Source: Acidobacteriota bacterium (GTDB lineage Bacteria; Acidobacteriota; UBA890; WLXD01). From it: a stretch of 64,000 nt of DNA. The stretch spans positions 1 to 64,000 of the forward strand of contig CBDBHB010000006.1 in NCBI GenBank assembly GCA_965205505.1. Reading direction: 5' to 3'. A program made the position numbers and the translations under genes. Position 1 is the first letter of the stretch, and every line of letters starts with the position of its first letter. Positions 1 to 10,354 of this stretch are shown here, in pieces. The notes under the pieces were generated by a model, which saw only the letters and a program-made list of their open reading frames with translations, made no database searches and was not told the origin of the DNA.

Positions 1-649
1 GCAGGATCGGATCGCCTGCCAGGTTGCCGTTTGCCACGGAGGCGCCGATTGCCGCGAGGCTCGTCGTCCCGACGACGGCGTAGATCAGCGAGAGCGCATA
101 GATGAAAATGCCCGAGGACAGGCCGCCAAGGATGAAGTACTTCAGGCCTCCCTCGTTCGAGCGCTTATCTTTCTTGAGGTAGCCAACCAGCACGTAGACC
201 GACAACGCCTGCAGCTCGAGCCCCACAAAGATGCTGATCAGGTCGGCGCCGCGTGCCATGATCATCATGCCGACGAGCGCTACCAGCATGAAGAAGTAGT
301 ACTCGGGAAGGTGTGCGTCCTCGTCTTCCAAGAATCGGGCCGAGGCGGCAATGGTGAGGGCCGCGGTTACAAGAAAAAGCACCGCGAAGAAGCTCCCGAA
401 GGCGTCGACGGCTAGCTGACCGGAGAACGCCGCGGTAACGCCCCGCTCGATCTGCGGCGATATCCCGAAGACAACCCCGGCGAGAGCGCCGAGCACCGTG
501 AGCAGCGTCACCCACGCGAACATCCGCCCAGTAGACCGTGTTCGAGCCGCGCAGGCACCCCACACCAACACGACGAGCGATCCGATCGTCAGGGTTATCT
601 CGGCGTTCAGCGACGCCAGGTCGGAGGTCGAAATCGGGAAGCTGTTCAT
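1..649 (-). CDS. nuoN: NADH-quinone oxidoreductase subunit N (5' part; runs off window)
   Basis: Manual translation from ATG at 649: MNSFPISTSDLASLNAEITL...GLELQALSVYVLVGYLKKDKRSNEGGLKYFILGG, NuoN-type motif; follows nuoM. Confidence 0.92.
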   Translation of the reverse strand, partial: MNSFPISTSDLASLNAEITLTIGSLVVLVWGACAARTRSTGRMFAWVTLLTVLGALAGVVFGISPQIERGVTAAFSGQLAVDAFGSFFAVLFLVTAALTIAASARFLEDEDAHLPEYYFFMLVALVGMMIMARGADLISIFVGLELQALSVYVLVGYLKKDKRSNEGGLKYFILGGLSSGIFIYALSLIYAVVGTTSLAAIGASVANGNLAGDPIL

Positions 650-652
650 GCC

Positions 653-2264
653 CTAGCGTTCCTCGGTCGCCGCCTGAGCAACGGGCTCGTCGATCCGCGC
701 CAGGTCGTCGATTCCGTCGGCGATGCGCAGCGCCTCGAGGCTGGGCAAGGCGGGCGTCGGAATCCCACTGCCCTCGAAGTAGCCGGGTCGTACACGCTCG
801 ACGATGGCGTTGACCGGCGGCTCGAGCGTGTTGAGTACCGGCGTCGGGTACAGCCCCATCCACACCGCGAGGACGACTAGCGGCACCAGCGTGGCCACCT
901 CGCGCATGCTGAGGTCGCTGAGGTTGGCGATCTTGTCGTCTTTGACTTCGCCGAACATGACTCGTTGGAAGAGCCACAGCAGGTAGGCCGCGGCGAGCAC
1001 GATGCCCCAGACCGACCAATAGACATAAACCGGGTTCCACTCGAACGCGCCGATCAGAATCAAGAACTCGCCGACGAAGCCGTTGAGCCCCGGAAGGCCC
1101 ATCGACGACAGCGCGATGATGGCGAACAGCACCGTGAACACCGGCATGACCTTGGCCAGCCCCGAGAACGCGGCGATCTCTCGTGTGTGCGTGCGTTCGT
1201 ACATCAAGCCCACGATCAGGAACAGCCCACCGGTGGAGACTCCGTGATTGAGCATCTGCAGAACGCTGCCCTGCACGCCGATCGGGTTGAGGGCGAAGAT
1301 CCCCAACGTGATGAAGCCCATGTGCGAGACCGACGAATACGCCACCAGGCTCTTCCAGTCCTTTTGCATCAGCGCCACCAGGGCACCGTAGATGATCGCG
1401 ATGATCGACAGCACGGCGATCATCGGCGCGAACTGCACCGATGCCTGCGGCATGATCGGCAGCGACAGGCGTACGAATCCGTAGGCGCCCATCTTCAGCA
1501 GCACGGCCGCCAGGATCACCGAAGCGGCGGTGGGGGCCTGCACGTGGGCGTCGGGGAGCCAGGTGTGGAAGGGCCACATCGGCACCTTGATCGCGAAGGC
1601 GAGGAAGAAGCCCAGGAATACCCACCACTGCATGTCAGCGGGTACCGACAGCTGTAGTAGGCCAGGATGTTGGTGGTCCACTCACCGGTGACGCTGTGGT
1701 TGTAGAAGTACAGCGCCAGGATACCGACCAGCATCAGCACCGAGCCGGCCAACGTGTACAGGAAAAACTTGATGGCCGCGTACAGACGGTTCTTGTCGCC
1801 CCAGATACCGATGAGGAAGTACATCGGCACCAGCATGACTTCCCAGAAGATATAGAAGAGGAAGAAGTCGAAGGCGATGAACACGCCCAGCATGCCGCTC
1901 TGCAGGACCATCAAGTAGGCGTAATATTCCTTGTTCCGCGTCTCGATGTAGTTCCACGATGACAGGCAAGCGATCGAGCCGAGCAGCGTCGTCAGCAGAA
2001 TGAGGCACAGGGAGATGCCATCGATGCCGGTGAAGTACTCCACACCGATCGAAGGGATCCACGGCAACCGCGTTACGTGCTGCAACTCGGCGGTCCCGAA
2101 ATCGAAGCCCTGTAGTAGTAGCAACGAGAGCAGGAAATCGACGAACAGGACGATGTTCGCGGTCCACTTGATGGCGTTGTCGCGTTCCTTACCAAGCAGG
2201 AGCGCGATCGCGAGCGCGCCCACCGCCGGCAGGAAGACGACCAGGTGAGGAGATTTCCGCTCAT
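653..2264 (-). CDS. nuoM: NADH-quinone oxidoreductase subunit M (two apparent 1-nt frameshifts, ~2243 and ~1655)
   Basis: Split over three frames: MSGNLLT | LVVFLPAVG...FYIFWEVMLVPMYFLIGIWG...ILAYY | QLSVPADMQWW...AIKVPMWPFHTWLPDAHVQAPT; adding one C at each junction restores a full NuoM. Confidence 0.92.
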
Positions 2265-2278
2265 TGGTGCCTCGTTCT

Positions 2279-4498
2279 CTACAAGAACATGTAGACGCTG
2301 ACCAGCACGAACAGCCCGAGGGCGATGACCAGCGCGTAGTTCTGTACGTAACCGGTTTGCAGGGCGCGGAAGATCCACGAACCTGCCCAGAACGTGTTTC
2401 CGACTCCGTTGACCGCGCCGTCGACGACGCGATCGTCGAACTCGGTCGCCGCAGTTGCAGCCTGTTTCGTAGACTCGGCGACACCGTTGACGATGCCGTC
2501 GACAACTGCGTCGTCGAGCACCCACAGGCCGGTCCCGAGGTCCTTCGTGCGGTTGACGAACAGCGCGTCATAGAGCTCGTCGACCCAGTACTTGTTCCAC
2601 AGCGTTCGGTGGATCCCGGAGAAGCGAGCTAGCGGCTCCTGGCTCACGCCGGCTCCGTACGTCCGGTAGGCAATCCCCATGCCCGCCAGCGCCACCGCCA
2701 CAGAGGTCAGCATCAAGATCCACTCGAGCCTCGTGTGATCCTCCCCGTCCTCCGCAGCCACCTGGGCGGCCGATGCCTCGGTGGCCAGCACCGCACTGGC
2801 GGCAACGATGCGGCCGTCGCCGTCGAGCGTTCCGAGTACTTGTGTCTCGGCATTCGCCATCGCCGCCGCGTGTTCGGCTACTTCGGCAGAGTCACCGTGA
2901 TCGGCTTCGCCGTGGCCACCGGTGATCGGCTCGAGCCAGCGCCCGATATCGATGCTGTCGTGCAACGCTCCGAGCGGGCCTACCTGCAGGTTGGCGGGGA
3001 TTCCCACGTAGCCACCGACGACCGCTAGTACCGCCAGGGCTACCAGCGGCACGGTGATCAGGCGCGAGCTCTCGTGGGCGTGCGCCTCGACGTGCTCGTC
3101 CATGCGCGACTCCCCGTAGAACGTCACCAGCAGCATGCGCATCATGTAGAACGCGGTCATGCCGGCGACCAGCGTCCCCACGGCCCAGAGCCAGGGGGAG
3201 CCGTTGGGGCCGGTCCAGGCGTACCACAACACCTCGTCCTTGGAGAAGAAGCCCGCCAACCCCGGGATACCGGCGATGGCCAGAGTACCTACCAGGAACG
3301 TCTTGTGGGTTACCGGCATGTACTTGCGGACATTGCCCATCTTCCACATGTCGAGCTCGCCTCTCAGGGCATGCATCACCGAGCCCGCCGCGAGGAACAG
3401 CAGCGCCTTGAAGAAGGCGTGCGTCATCAGGTGGAACACACCGACCGCGTACGCCCCGACGCCGCAAGCCAGGAACATGTACCCGAGCTGACTGATCGTG
3501 GAATAGGCGAGCACGCGTTTGATGTCGTTCTGGACCATTGCGATGGAGGCCGCAAATAGTGCTGTGAGCGCGCCGATGACCGCCACGATGGTCATGACCG
3601 TTGGCGACATCGAGAACAGCACGTTGGAGCGCACCACCATGTAAACGCCCGCGGTCACCATCGTCGCGGCGTGGATCAGGGCCGACACCGGTGTCGGGCC
3701 CTCCATGGCGTCAGGCAGCCACGTAAACAGTGGGATTTGTGCGCTCTTGCCGGTGGCGCCGATGAACAGCATCAGGGTGATGAAGGTGATCACCCCGGCC
3801 CCGACCTCGTAGTTGGCGGAGGCGAGCTCGAAGACGTCGTCGTAGTCGAGCGTGCCGAAGGTGAAGAAGATGGTGAACATGCCGAGCAGGAAAGCGGCAT
3901 CGCCGACGCGGTTCACCACGAACGCCTTCTTGGCAGCGTCGCCGGCCGACTTCTTGGTGTAGTAGTAGCCGATCAGCAAGTAGGAGCACAGCCCGACGCC
4001 CTCCCAACCGATGAACATCATGGCGTAGGAGTTGCCCAGCACGAGCACCAGCATGAAGGCGGCGAACAGGTTCAGGTAGGTGAAGAACCTGTAGAACCCC
4101 GGGTCGGGCGGATCATGCGCCATGTATCCGATGGCGTAGATATGGATCAAGAAGCCGACCCCGGTGATCACCAGCACCATGAGGGCCGACAGCGGGTCGA
4201 ACTGGAAACCGAAGGGCACCACGAACCGGGCCGCGTCGACCCCGGCGTCGTTGTCGTGCATGTGGCCCCACGAGGCGTCTATCCAGTCGTACAGGACCAC
4301 CTCCACGTGGCGGTCTGCGGGCTCCATGCCGGCGAGGCCGAGGAACGAGCCGGCGCCGATGATGAACGCCAGCAGCATGCACACGCTGGCAAGGCTGCCG
4401 GTGATTATCTCGGAGCGGATGAAACGCGACCCCAGCAGCCCGTTAACCAGCATGCCGGCAAGTGGCAGAAGCGGGATGAGCCAGAAGTACTCGATCAC
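2279..4498 (-). CDS. nuoL: NADH-quinone oxidoreductase subunit L
   Basis: GTG start overlapping nuoK stop; GWEGVGLCSYLLIG, GKSAQIPLFTWLPDAMEGPTPVSALIHAATMV, HAFFKALLF motifs. Confidence 0.96.
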   Translation of the reverse strand: MIEYFWLIPLLPLAGMLVNGLLGSRFIRSEIITGSLASVCMLLAFIIGAGSFLGLAGMEPADRHVEVVLYDWIDASWGHMHDNDAGVDAARFVVPFGFQFDPLSALMVLVITGVGFLIHIYAIGYMAHDPPDPGFYRFFTYLNLFAAFMLVLVLGNSYAMMFIGWEGVGLCSYLLIGYYYTKKSAGDAAKKAFVVNRVGDAAFLLGMFTIFFTFGTLDYDDVFELASANYEVGAGVITFITLMLFIGATGKSAQIPLFTWLPDAMEGPTPVSALIHAATMVTAGVYMVVRSNVLFSMSPTVMTIVAVIGALTALFAASIAMVQNDIKRVLAYSTISQLGYMFLACGVGAYAVGVFHLMTHAFFKALLFLAAGSVMHALRGELDMWKMGNVRKYMPVTHKTFLVGTLAIAGIPGLAGFFSKDEVLWYAWTGPNGSPWLWAVGTLVAGMTAFYMMRMLLVTFYGESRMDEHVEAHAHESSRLITVPLVALAVLAVVGGYVGIPANLQVGPLGALHDSIDIGRWLEPITGGHGEADHGDSAEVAEHAAAMANAETQVLGTLDGDGRIVAASAVLATEASAAQVAAEDGEDHTRLEWILMLTSVAVALAGMGIAYRTYGAGVSQEPLARFSGIHRTLWNKYWVDELYDALFVNRTKDLGTGLWVLDDAVVDGIVNGVAESTKQAATAATEFDDRVVDGAVNGVGNTFWAGSWIFRALQTGYVQNYALVIALGLFVLVSVYMFL

Positions 4499-4815
4499 GG
4501 CGCCGCTATCCCCTCCAGCCGGTGTACGTCGTCGACGTTCACCGTCTGCGCGTTGCGGAACATCGCGATCACCAGGCCCAGCCCGATCGCCGCCTCGGCG
4601 GCGGCGACGGTGATCGTGAAGATCGTGAAGATCTGCCCGGCGAGATCCGGTCGGTAGCGGGCCACGGCCACCAGGTTGATGTTGGCGGCATTGAAGATCA
4701 GCTCGAGGCACATCAACACCATGATGACGTTGCGGCGTGCGAGTACGCCGATCACGCCGATGCCGAACAGCACCGCCGACAGCAGCAAGTAGTGGCCTAG
4801 CCCCAGCGTACCCAC
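4495..4815 (-). CDS. nuoK: NADH-quinone oxidoreductase subunit K
   Basis: RRNVIMVLMCLELIFNA and VAAAEAAIGL motifs. Confidence 0.96.
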   Translation of the reverse strand: MGTLGLGHYLLLSAVLFGIGVIGVLARRNVIMVLMCLELIFNAANINLVAVARYRPDLAGQIFTIFTITVAAAEAAIGLGLVIAMFRNAQTVNVDDVHRLEGIAAP

Positions 4816-4816
4816 G

Positions 4817-5332
4817 TCAGACTCGCTTCTGAGCCAAGTAGATTGCGCCGATCATCGCCACCAGCAGCAACATCGATGCGATCTCGAAGGGCAACAGATA
4901 GTCGGTGTAGAGCGTCATCCCGATCGTCTCGGTGTTGCCCTGTTCGACGGCGCGTAGAATGGTCTCGGCCTGCTCGGGCGCTACCGTAAGCGCGCCGGCA
5001 CCGCCCCAGAGCAAGTAGCCGATCTGCACTACCAAGACCAACAACATCGCTCCGGCTGGCATCCACTGCCGGTGCAGATACTCACCCTCGTTGACCTCGT
5101 TGAGGTTCACCAGCATGACCACGAACAAGAACAGCACCACGATGCCGCCGGCATAAACCAAGATCTGTACCGCGGCCACGAACTCCGCCTGCAACAGAAT
5201 GAACAGCGCGCCTACGCCTATGAACGACACCACCATGTAGACGATGGAGTGCACCAACTGGCGGCTCATGACCATGAGCAGGGCGCTCACGATCACGATC
5301 GAGGCGATGATATAGAAGGCGATGCTTTCCAT
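4817..5332 (-). CDS. nuoJ: NADH-quinone oxidoreductase subunit J
   Basis: Start MESIAFYII; AEFVAAVQILVYAGGIVVLFLFVVML and YLLPFEIAS motifs. Confidence 0.95.
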   Translation of the reverse strand: MESIAFYIIASIVIVSALLMVMSRQLVHSIVYMVVSFIGVGALFILLQAEFVAAVQILVYAGGIVVLFLFVVMLVNLNEVNEGEYLHRQWMPAGAMLLVLVVQIGYLLWGGAGALTVAPEQAETILRAVEQGNTETIGMTLYTDYLLPFEIASMLLLVAMIGAIYLAQKRV

Positions 5333-5340
5333 ACGGCAGG

Positions 5341-5829
5341 CTAACGCTCGTAGTGCACGATGTGGTGGCCGCTGTCGAGGATGCGAAGATCGTGAATCGA
5401 GTCCGCGCGGTTGTAGACCGCGGCCTCGAACTCGTTGCTGTGGTAGATCGAATCGACCGGGCAAATCTCTTCGCACAGGCCGCAGAACAGACAGCGCCCG
5501 TGGTCGATGTAGAAGAAGGTGGCGTACTTACCACCCTTGCCCTTGACGTAGCCGCGCTCACCGTCGAGCACGATGCAGTTATCCGGGCAAATCTTCTCGC
5601 ACAGATAGCAGGCGATGCAGGTGGACTCGTCGACACGCAGGATGCCGCGGTAATTCGGATGGACCGACTCGCGCTCCAGCGGATACTGCACCGTGACCTT
5701 GGGGCGGAACGTGTACTTGAGCGTGAGCCACATTCCCTTGAGCAGTTCCACCAGCAGGAAGCTACTCAGGAGGCTCTTCTTGGGTGCCGAGGACATGGTT
5801 GCCGCCTGTGACGAATCGTGAGCGGGCAT
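5341..5829 (-). CDS. nuoI: NADH-quinone oxidoreductase subunit I (2x[4Fe-4S])
   Basis: TVQYP, CIACYLCEKICP and CLFCGLCEEICP; start at 5829 (overlaps nuoH stop) or 5796. Confidence 0.95.
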   Translation of the reverse strand: MPAHDSSQAATMSSAPKKSLLSSFLLVELLKGMWLTLKYTFRPKVTVQYPLERESVHPNYRGILRVDESTCIACYLCEKICPDNCIVLDGERGYVKGKGGKYATFFYIDHGRCLFCGLCEEICPVDSIYHSNEFEAAVYNRADSIHDLRILDSGHHIVHYER

Positions 5830-6863
5830 CAGCCTACCAGAAGCATGACAAGCCCGGTCACGAGCAGATTTGCGATTGCCAGCGGGATAAGGGACTTCCA
5901 GTTCAGCCGCATCAGCTGATCGTAGCGGTAGCGTGGGAAGGTGCCGCGGATCCAGATGTAGACGAACAGGAACGTGGCGACCTTGAGAATGAACCAGGCA
6001 CCGCTGGGGACCAGATCGAGGAAGGCGAGCGCCTCGACACTCGGGAACGGTCGCAGCCAGCCGCCCCAGAAGAGCGTCACGTTGGCCGCTGCCATCACCA
6101 GCATCGCCGTGTACTCGCCAAGGAAGAAAAGCGCCCAACGCATTCCGGAGTACTCGGTGAAGAACCCGGCGACGAGCTCCGAATCGGCCTCCGCCATGTC
6201 GAACGGGGCTCGGTTGGTCTCGGCCACCATGGCGATCGTGAAGATTCCCCAGGCCAGCGGCTGCACGAACACGAACCAGACCCCCATGTCGCGCTGTGCT
6301 TCAACGATGCCCACCATCGACAGCGTACCGGCGACCATTAACCCCGATATCACGGCAAAGGTCAGCGCTATCTCGTACGACACCATCTGTGCGGCGGCGC
6401 GTAGCGCTCCCAGCAGTGGGTACTTCGAGTTGCTCGACCAACCGCCGAGGATGACGCCGTAAGTGGCCAGGCCGCTGATCCCGAAAACTAGCAGGATGCC
6501 GACATTGACGTCGGCGATCACGCCCGGGATGTGGTATCCGAAAAGCGTGATCCCTTCGCCGAACGGCACCAGTGCCAAGGTAGTGAAGGCCGCGACCACC
6601 ACGATGATCGGCGAGATCAGGAATATCGCCTTGTTTACCCCGCTGGGGATCAAGTCTTCCTTGAGCAGCAACTTGACTACGTCGGCGATGGGCTGCAAGA
6701 GTCCGTGGGGTCCCACCCGCATCGGCCCCAGGCGACTCTGGATAAAGGCCAGAATCTTGCGCTCGGCAAGAACGATGTAGCCTGTTGCCAGGCCGAGGAT
6801 CCCCAGCAAGACACCGATCTGGAAGAGCGGGATGAGCACGTTGACGATCACGAAGTCGCTCAT
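5829..6863 (-). CDS. nuoH: NADH-quinone oxidoreductase subunit H
   Basis: ERKILAFIQSRLGP, GLLQPIADVVKLLLKE, ETNRAPFDMAEADSEL, PRYRYDQLM. Confidence 0.96.
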   Translation of the reverse strand: MSDFVIVNVLIPLFQIGVLLGILGLATGYIVLAERKILAFIQSRLGPMRVGPHGLLQPIADVVKLLLKEDLIPSGVNKAIFLISPIIVVVAAFTTLALVPFGEGITLFGYHIPGVIADVNVGILLVFGISGLATYGVILGGWSSNSKYPLLGALRAAAQMVSYEIALTFAVISGLMVAGTLSMVGIVEAQRDMGVWFVFVQPLAWGIFTIAMVAETNRAPFDMAEADSELVAGFFTEYSGMRWALFFLGEYTAMLVMAAANVTLFWGGWLRPFPSVEALAFLDLVPSGAWFILKVATFLFVYIWIRGTFPRYRYDQLMRLNWKSLIPLAIANLLVTGLVMLLVG

Positions 6864-7960
6864 CGGTCGACGTCTCCGAGCACGATATCGACGCTTCCGA
6901 TGATGGTGACGACATCGGCGATCAGGTGGCCCTTGCTCAGAGGAGCAATCGCCTGCAGGTTGCAGAAGCTGGGTGCCCGGATCTTGCACTTGTAGGGCGT
7001 GTCGCCGTTGCCACCGATGATGTAGTAGCCGAGCTCGCCACGCGGGCTCTCGACGATGTGGTACGCTTCTACCGAATCCTTGATCCGCATCGACTTGGGC
7101 ACCTTCGCGGTGATCGGCCCTTCGGGCAACTTCGCGAGCGCTTGCTGGACTATGCGCACCGACTGCCGCATCTCTTCCATGCGCACGAGATAGCGCGCGT
7201 AAGAGTCGCCGTCGGGGAACACCGGCACATCAAAGTCCACCTGGTCGTAGCCGCCGTAGGGCAGTGCTTTGCGGATATCGTAGTCGACTCCGGAGCCACG
7301 AATCATTGGCCCCGAGAGTCCGAGCGCAGCGGCGTCTTCGCCGCTGATTACCCCGACGCCGACGGTGCGCTCGAGCCAAATCCGGTTGGCGCTCAGCAAC
7401 GTTTCGTATTCCTCGATGCGCTGCGGAAAGCTGCTGCAGAAGTTGAGCACCGCATCGGTCCAACCTTCGGGGAGGTCGCGGCGCAGCCCGCCGGGGCGAA
7501 ACGCCGAAGTGGTCAGGCGGTCTCCCAGCGCAGCCTCGAAGAAATCGAGAATCACCTCGCGCTCGCGCGTACACCAGAAGAGCATCGTTTGCGCGCCAAT
7601 ATCGAGCGCGTGGGTCGCCAGCCAGAAGAGATGGCTGGCGATGCGACTTAGCTCGACAATTGCGAGACGGGCGTAGAGGGCGCGCTCCGATACCTCCCAG
7701 CCCCCGAGGCGCTCGACGGTTTCGACGTACCCCAGGTTGTTGTAGGGCGCCGCCAGGTAGTCGGTGCGGTCGGTGAACGGCACGTTCTGGTAGTAGTTGC
7801 GTGTCTCGCAGAGCTTCTCGGTACCGCGATGCAGGTACCCCATGACGGTCTCGATGTCGACGATGGTCTCCCCATCGAGATACAGCACCAGTCGCAACAC
7901 GCCGTGCGTAGACGGGTGCTGGGGACCCATGTTGAGCTCGAACTCCTTCGTTTCCAGCAT
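6860..7960 (-). CDS. nuoD: NADH-quinone oxidoreductase subunit D
   Basis: LNMGPQHPSTHGVLRL, GYLHRGTEK, C-terminal DIVLGDVDR; no NiFe-ligating CxxC. Confidence 0.96.
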   Translation of the reverse strand: MLETKEFELNMGPQHPSTHGVLRLVLYLDGETIVDIETVMGYLHRGTEKLCETRNYYQNVPFTDRTDYLAAPYNNLGYVETVERLGGWEVSERALYARLAIVELSRIASHLFWLATHALDIGAQTMLFWCTREREVILDFFEAALGDRLTTSAFRPGGLRRDLPEGWTDAVLNFCSSFPQRIEEYETLLSANRIWLERTVGVGVISGEDAAALGLSGPMIRGSGVDYDIRKALPYGGYDQVDFDVPVFPDGDSYARYLVRMEEMRQSVRIVQQALAKLPEGPITAKVPKSMRIKDSVEAYHIVESPRGELGYYIIGGNGDTPYKCKIRAPSFCNLQAIAPLSKGHLIADVVTIIGSVDIVLGDVDR

Positions 7961-7963
7961 GGC

Positions 7964-8800
7964 TCAGTGTGACCCGGGTTCGTCGCCTGGCGCTGCGTCA
8001 GGCTCGGGGTCGGGGGGCTCGTCGGGCTGCGGTGTCCACAGGGCCCCGACAACGCCGGGACCAGCCATCTCGCGCTCCTGCTCGTTGATCTCGTACTCGC
8101 CCCGGATGCGGTCGAAGCGACCCCCACGAAACGCCGCTTGCTGACGGGTCAGCAGTTCGAGGTTGGGTCCTTCGAGGGGATAATCCTTGCGTAGAGGGAA
8201 GCCCTCCCAGTCCTCTGGCATGAAGATGCGGCGTAGGTCCGGGTGGCCGAGAAACTCGATGCCGTAAAGGTCGTATGTCTCGCGCTCCAACCAATTGGCC
8301 GCCGGCCACACGTCGACCGCGCTAGGCACCCCCTCGCCGTCCGCGCAGCCGGTCTTCACGGTCAGCCGGTGATTCTTCGGTAGGGAGTAGACATGGAACA
8401 CCACGTCGAAGCGGGGAACGCGATCGGTCCAGTCGATCGCCGTGACGCTCGACAGGTAGTTGAAGTCCATCGCCTCGTCGTCGCGCAGCCAGTTCAATAC
8501 CTCGGTGAGGTCGCCGGCGTCGACGCGCGCGATCGGCGTCCCGAGCTTGTCGGCGCCCTCGTCGGTGATCTTTTCGCCGAAGCGAGCCGTGAGCGCTGCC
8601 ACCACCGGATGTGGCTCGGGCTCGGGCTCGGGTTCCGGCTCTGCCGTGTCTGCCTCTGCCGACGCAGGCTGTGGCTCGACTGCCTCGACCGCCTTTTCCG
8701 ACCCCGCTGACTGAGCCTCAGTGGACTCGCCTTCGACCGGCTGAGCCTGCGGCTCATCAGTCTTGTCGGCGTCGTCGGTGTCGAGCGGTTCGTCTGCCAT
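7964..8800 (-). CDS. nuoC: NADH-quinone oxidoreductase subunit C with acidic N- and C-terminal extensions
   Basis: ANWLERETYDLYGIEFLGHPDLRRIFMPEDWEGFPLRKDYP. Confidence 0.94.
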   Translation of the reverse strand: MADEPLDTDDADKTDEPQAQPVEGESTEAQSAGSEKAVEAVEPQPASAEADTAEPEPEPEPEPHPVVAALTARFGEKITDEGADKLGTPIARVDAGDLTEVLNWLRDDEAMDFNYLSSVTAIDWTDRVPRFDVVFHVYSLPKNHRLTVKTGCADGEGVPSAVDVWPAANWLERETYDLYGIEFLGHPDLRRIFMPEDWEGFPLRKDYPLEGPNLELLTRQQAAFRGGRFDRIRGEYEINEQEREMAGPGVVGALWTPQPDEPPDPEPDAAPGDEPGSH

Positions 8801-8831
8801 CGAGTCAGGTCTCGGGTCGGCTGGTTGCGGT

Positions 8832-9311
8832 CTACTTCCGCACCACCTTCATTTCGTCGATCTTGTCCTGCAGCCGCAATAGGCCGTAGAGCAGGGCTTC
8901 CGGACGCGGCGGGCAACCGGGCACGTACACATCGACCGGAACAATTCGATCGACCCCCTGGAGCACGCTGTAGGTCGGATAGGGCCCGCCGCAAGTAGCA
9001 CACGATCCCATCGACATCACCCATTTCGGGTCTGGCATCTGATCGTAGAGTCGCTTGATGACAGGAGCCATCTTCAATGTCACCGTGCCGGCGACGATCA
9101 TGAGATCGGCTTGGCGCGGTGTGGCGCGGAATACCTCCGCGCCGAAACGTGCCATGTCGAAACGCGAGCAAGTCGTGACGATCATTTCGATGGCGCAGCA
9201 CGCGAGGCCGAAGGTAAGCGGCCAGATCGCCGACTTGCGACCCCAGTTGATGATGCTATCGACGGTCGTGGTCAGGACGTTGTCCGGGAGCTTATGCTCG
9301 ACTAGACCCAT
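8832..9311 (-). CDS. nuoB: NADH-quinone oxidoreductase subunit B
   Basis: Start MGLVEHKL; [29 protein letters not shown]. Confidence 0.96.
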   Translation of the reverse strand: MGLVEHKLPDNVLTTTVDSIINWGRKSAIWPLTFGLACCAIEMIVTTCSRFDMARFGAEVFRATPRQADLMIVAGTVTLKMAPVIKRLYDQMPDPKWVMSMGSCATCGGPYPTYSVLQGVDRIVPVDVYVPGCPPRPEALLYGLLRLQDKIDEMKVVRK

Positions 9312-9658
9312 TCGAGTGCCCCGCGTTTCCAGGCGTAAACGTAGCCCAGGATCAAGATCGCCAAGAAGATGAGCATTTCGATGAACCCGAACAACGCCAA
9401 GGCCCGATATCGTATGGCCCACGGGAACATGAACACGGTTTCGACGTCGAAGACGAGGAAAAGCATCGCCACGATGTAGAAGCGGATCGGGAAGCGTTTG
9501 TGAGCGTCACGGATGGGCTCGACGCCGCATTCGTAGGGAGCCAGCTTCCCCTCGCTTGCGGGCGGAGTCGGCCGCACGAAGCGACCCACGATGAGCGGGA
9601 GCACCGCGAAGACGATCGCGACCGCCAGAAAAATCGCTATCGGAAGGTAGACGACCAT
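9302..9658 (-). CDS. nuoA: NADH-quinone oxidoreductase subunit A
   Basis: [29 protein letters not shown]. Confidence 0.96.
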   Translation of the reverse strand: MVVYLPIAIFLAVAIVFAVLPLIVGRFVRPTPPASEGKLAPYECGVEPIRDAHKRFPIRFYIVAMLFLVFDVETVFMFPWAIRYRALALFGFIEMLIFLAILILGYVYAWKRGALEWV

Positions 9659-9712
9659 ACAGCCCTGATCCGGGGTTGTGTCGCTGCGCCCGCCGATGCG
9701 CGGGCAAGGTCA

Positions 9713-9741
9713 TTTCTATCCGTTGCCCGGTGGGCTGTCAA
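9713..9741 (-). promoter_or_regulatory. Candidate sigma70 promoter of nuo operon
   Basis: Minus strand TTGACA-N17-TAGAAA, ~55 bp upstream of nuoA. Confidence 0.55.
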
Positions 9742-9817
9742 ACTGCGGTGGTGTGATACCGGTCGCGCCGGCCGCGGGCCGCGAGGAACGGGAGTTGCAC
9801 CACTGCTCAGCACCCTG

Positions 9818-10192
9818 CTAGAAGCGCATTGCCCATAGAAGCGGTAGCCAGAGCTCCATCGTCATCGGCAGTCGGCGCCCGTTGAACTGCGCGTCGGTCT
9901 CTCTTGAAGGGTCCTCGCCGATGAGCTGAAAGAGCTGAAACAACGGCTCGATCTGATCGAGAGTGAAGGTGGCCCGGTGACGAGGCTCATCGTCCACGTC
10001 GCGCACGTCGGTAGTGACTTCGAACTCGGCTGCTTGCGCGGTCAACTCGCGCTCGCGCTCCGCCTCCTCGCCTTGCAGCGGCGCGTACATGAGGCTGATT
10101 CGGGTAGGCTCGCTGAAGCGATCCGGGAAGAGCAGCCGCAGGCTCTCTTCATCGAGGCTTTCGAGGAGCAGTTTTCTGATTTCCTCCGACAT
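9818..10192 (-). CDS. Hypothetical protein (124 aa)
   Basis: Protein-like composition, fills gap between nuoA and selA; no family recognised. Confidence 0.7.
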   Translation of the reverse strand: MSEEIRKLLLESLDEESLRLLFPDRFSEPTRISLMYAPLQGEEAERERELTAQAAEFEVTTDVRDVDDEPRHRATFTLDQIEPLFQLFQLIGEDPSRETDAQFNGRRLPMTMELWLPLLWAMRF

Positions 10193-10354
10193 TCGTCACC
10201 CTGAGCCGGGATTCAATCCCATCGTGCCGACGCTGCACGCTACGATGCTACCAGCCCACGGGCAGATTTGTAGATGGACTGCAGCGAGCTGAACTTGAGT
10301 TTCCCCGGCACGGTGCCGGGCCTGCGAGCTCCAAGCGTAGTTCGAACGGATCCA

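Noticed and set aside
653-2264. Two nuoM genes or a nuoM pseudogene
   Set aside because: The ORF pieces are consecutive, non-redundant parts of one NuoM joined by single-base indels.
8612-8640. (GGCTCG)n tandem repeat
   Set aside because: Encodes the PEPEPE linker of NuoC; in-frame low complexity.
10193-10354. tRNA-Sec (selC) next to selA; GGGATTCAATCCC hairpin
   Set aside because: No cloverleaf, UCA anticodon arm or CCA end recognisable.
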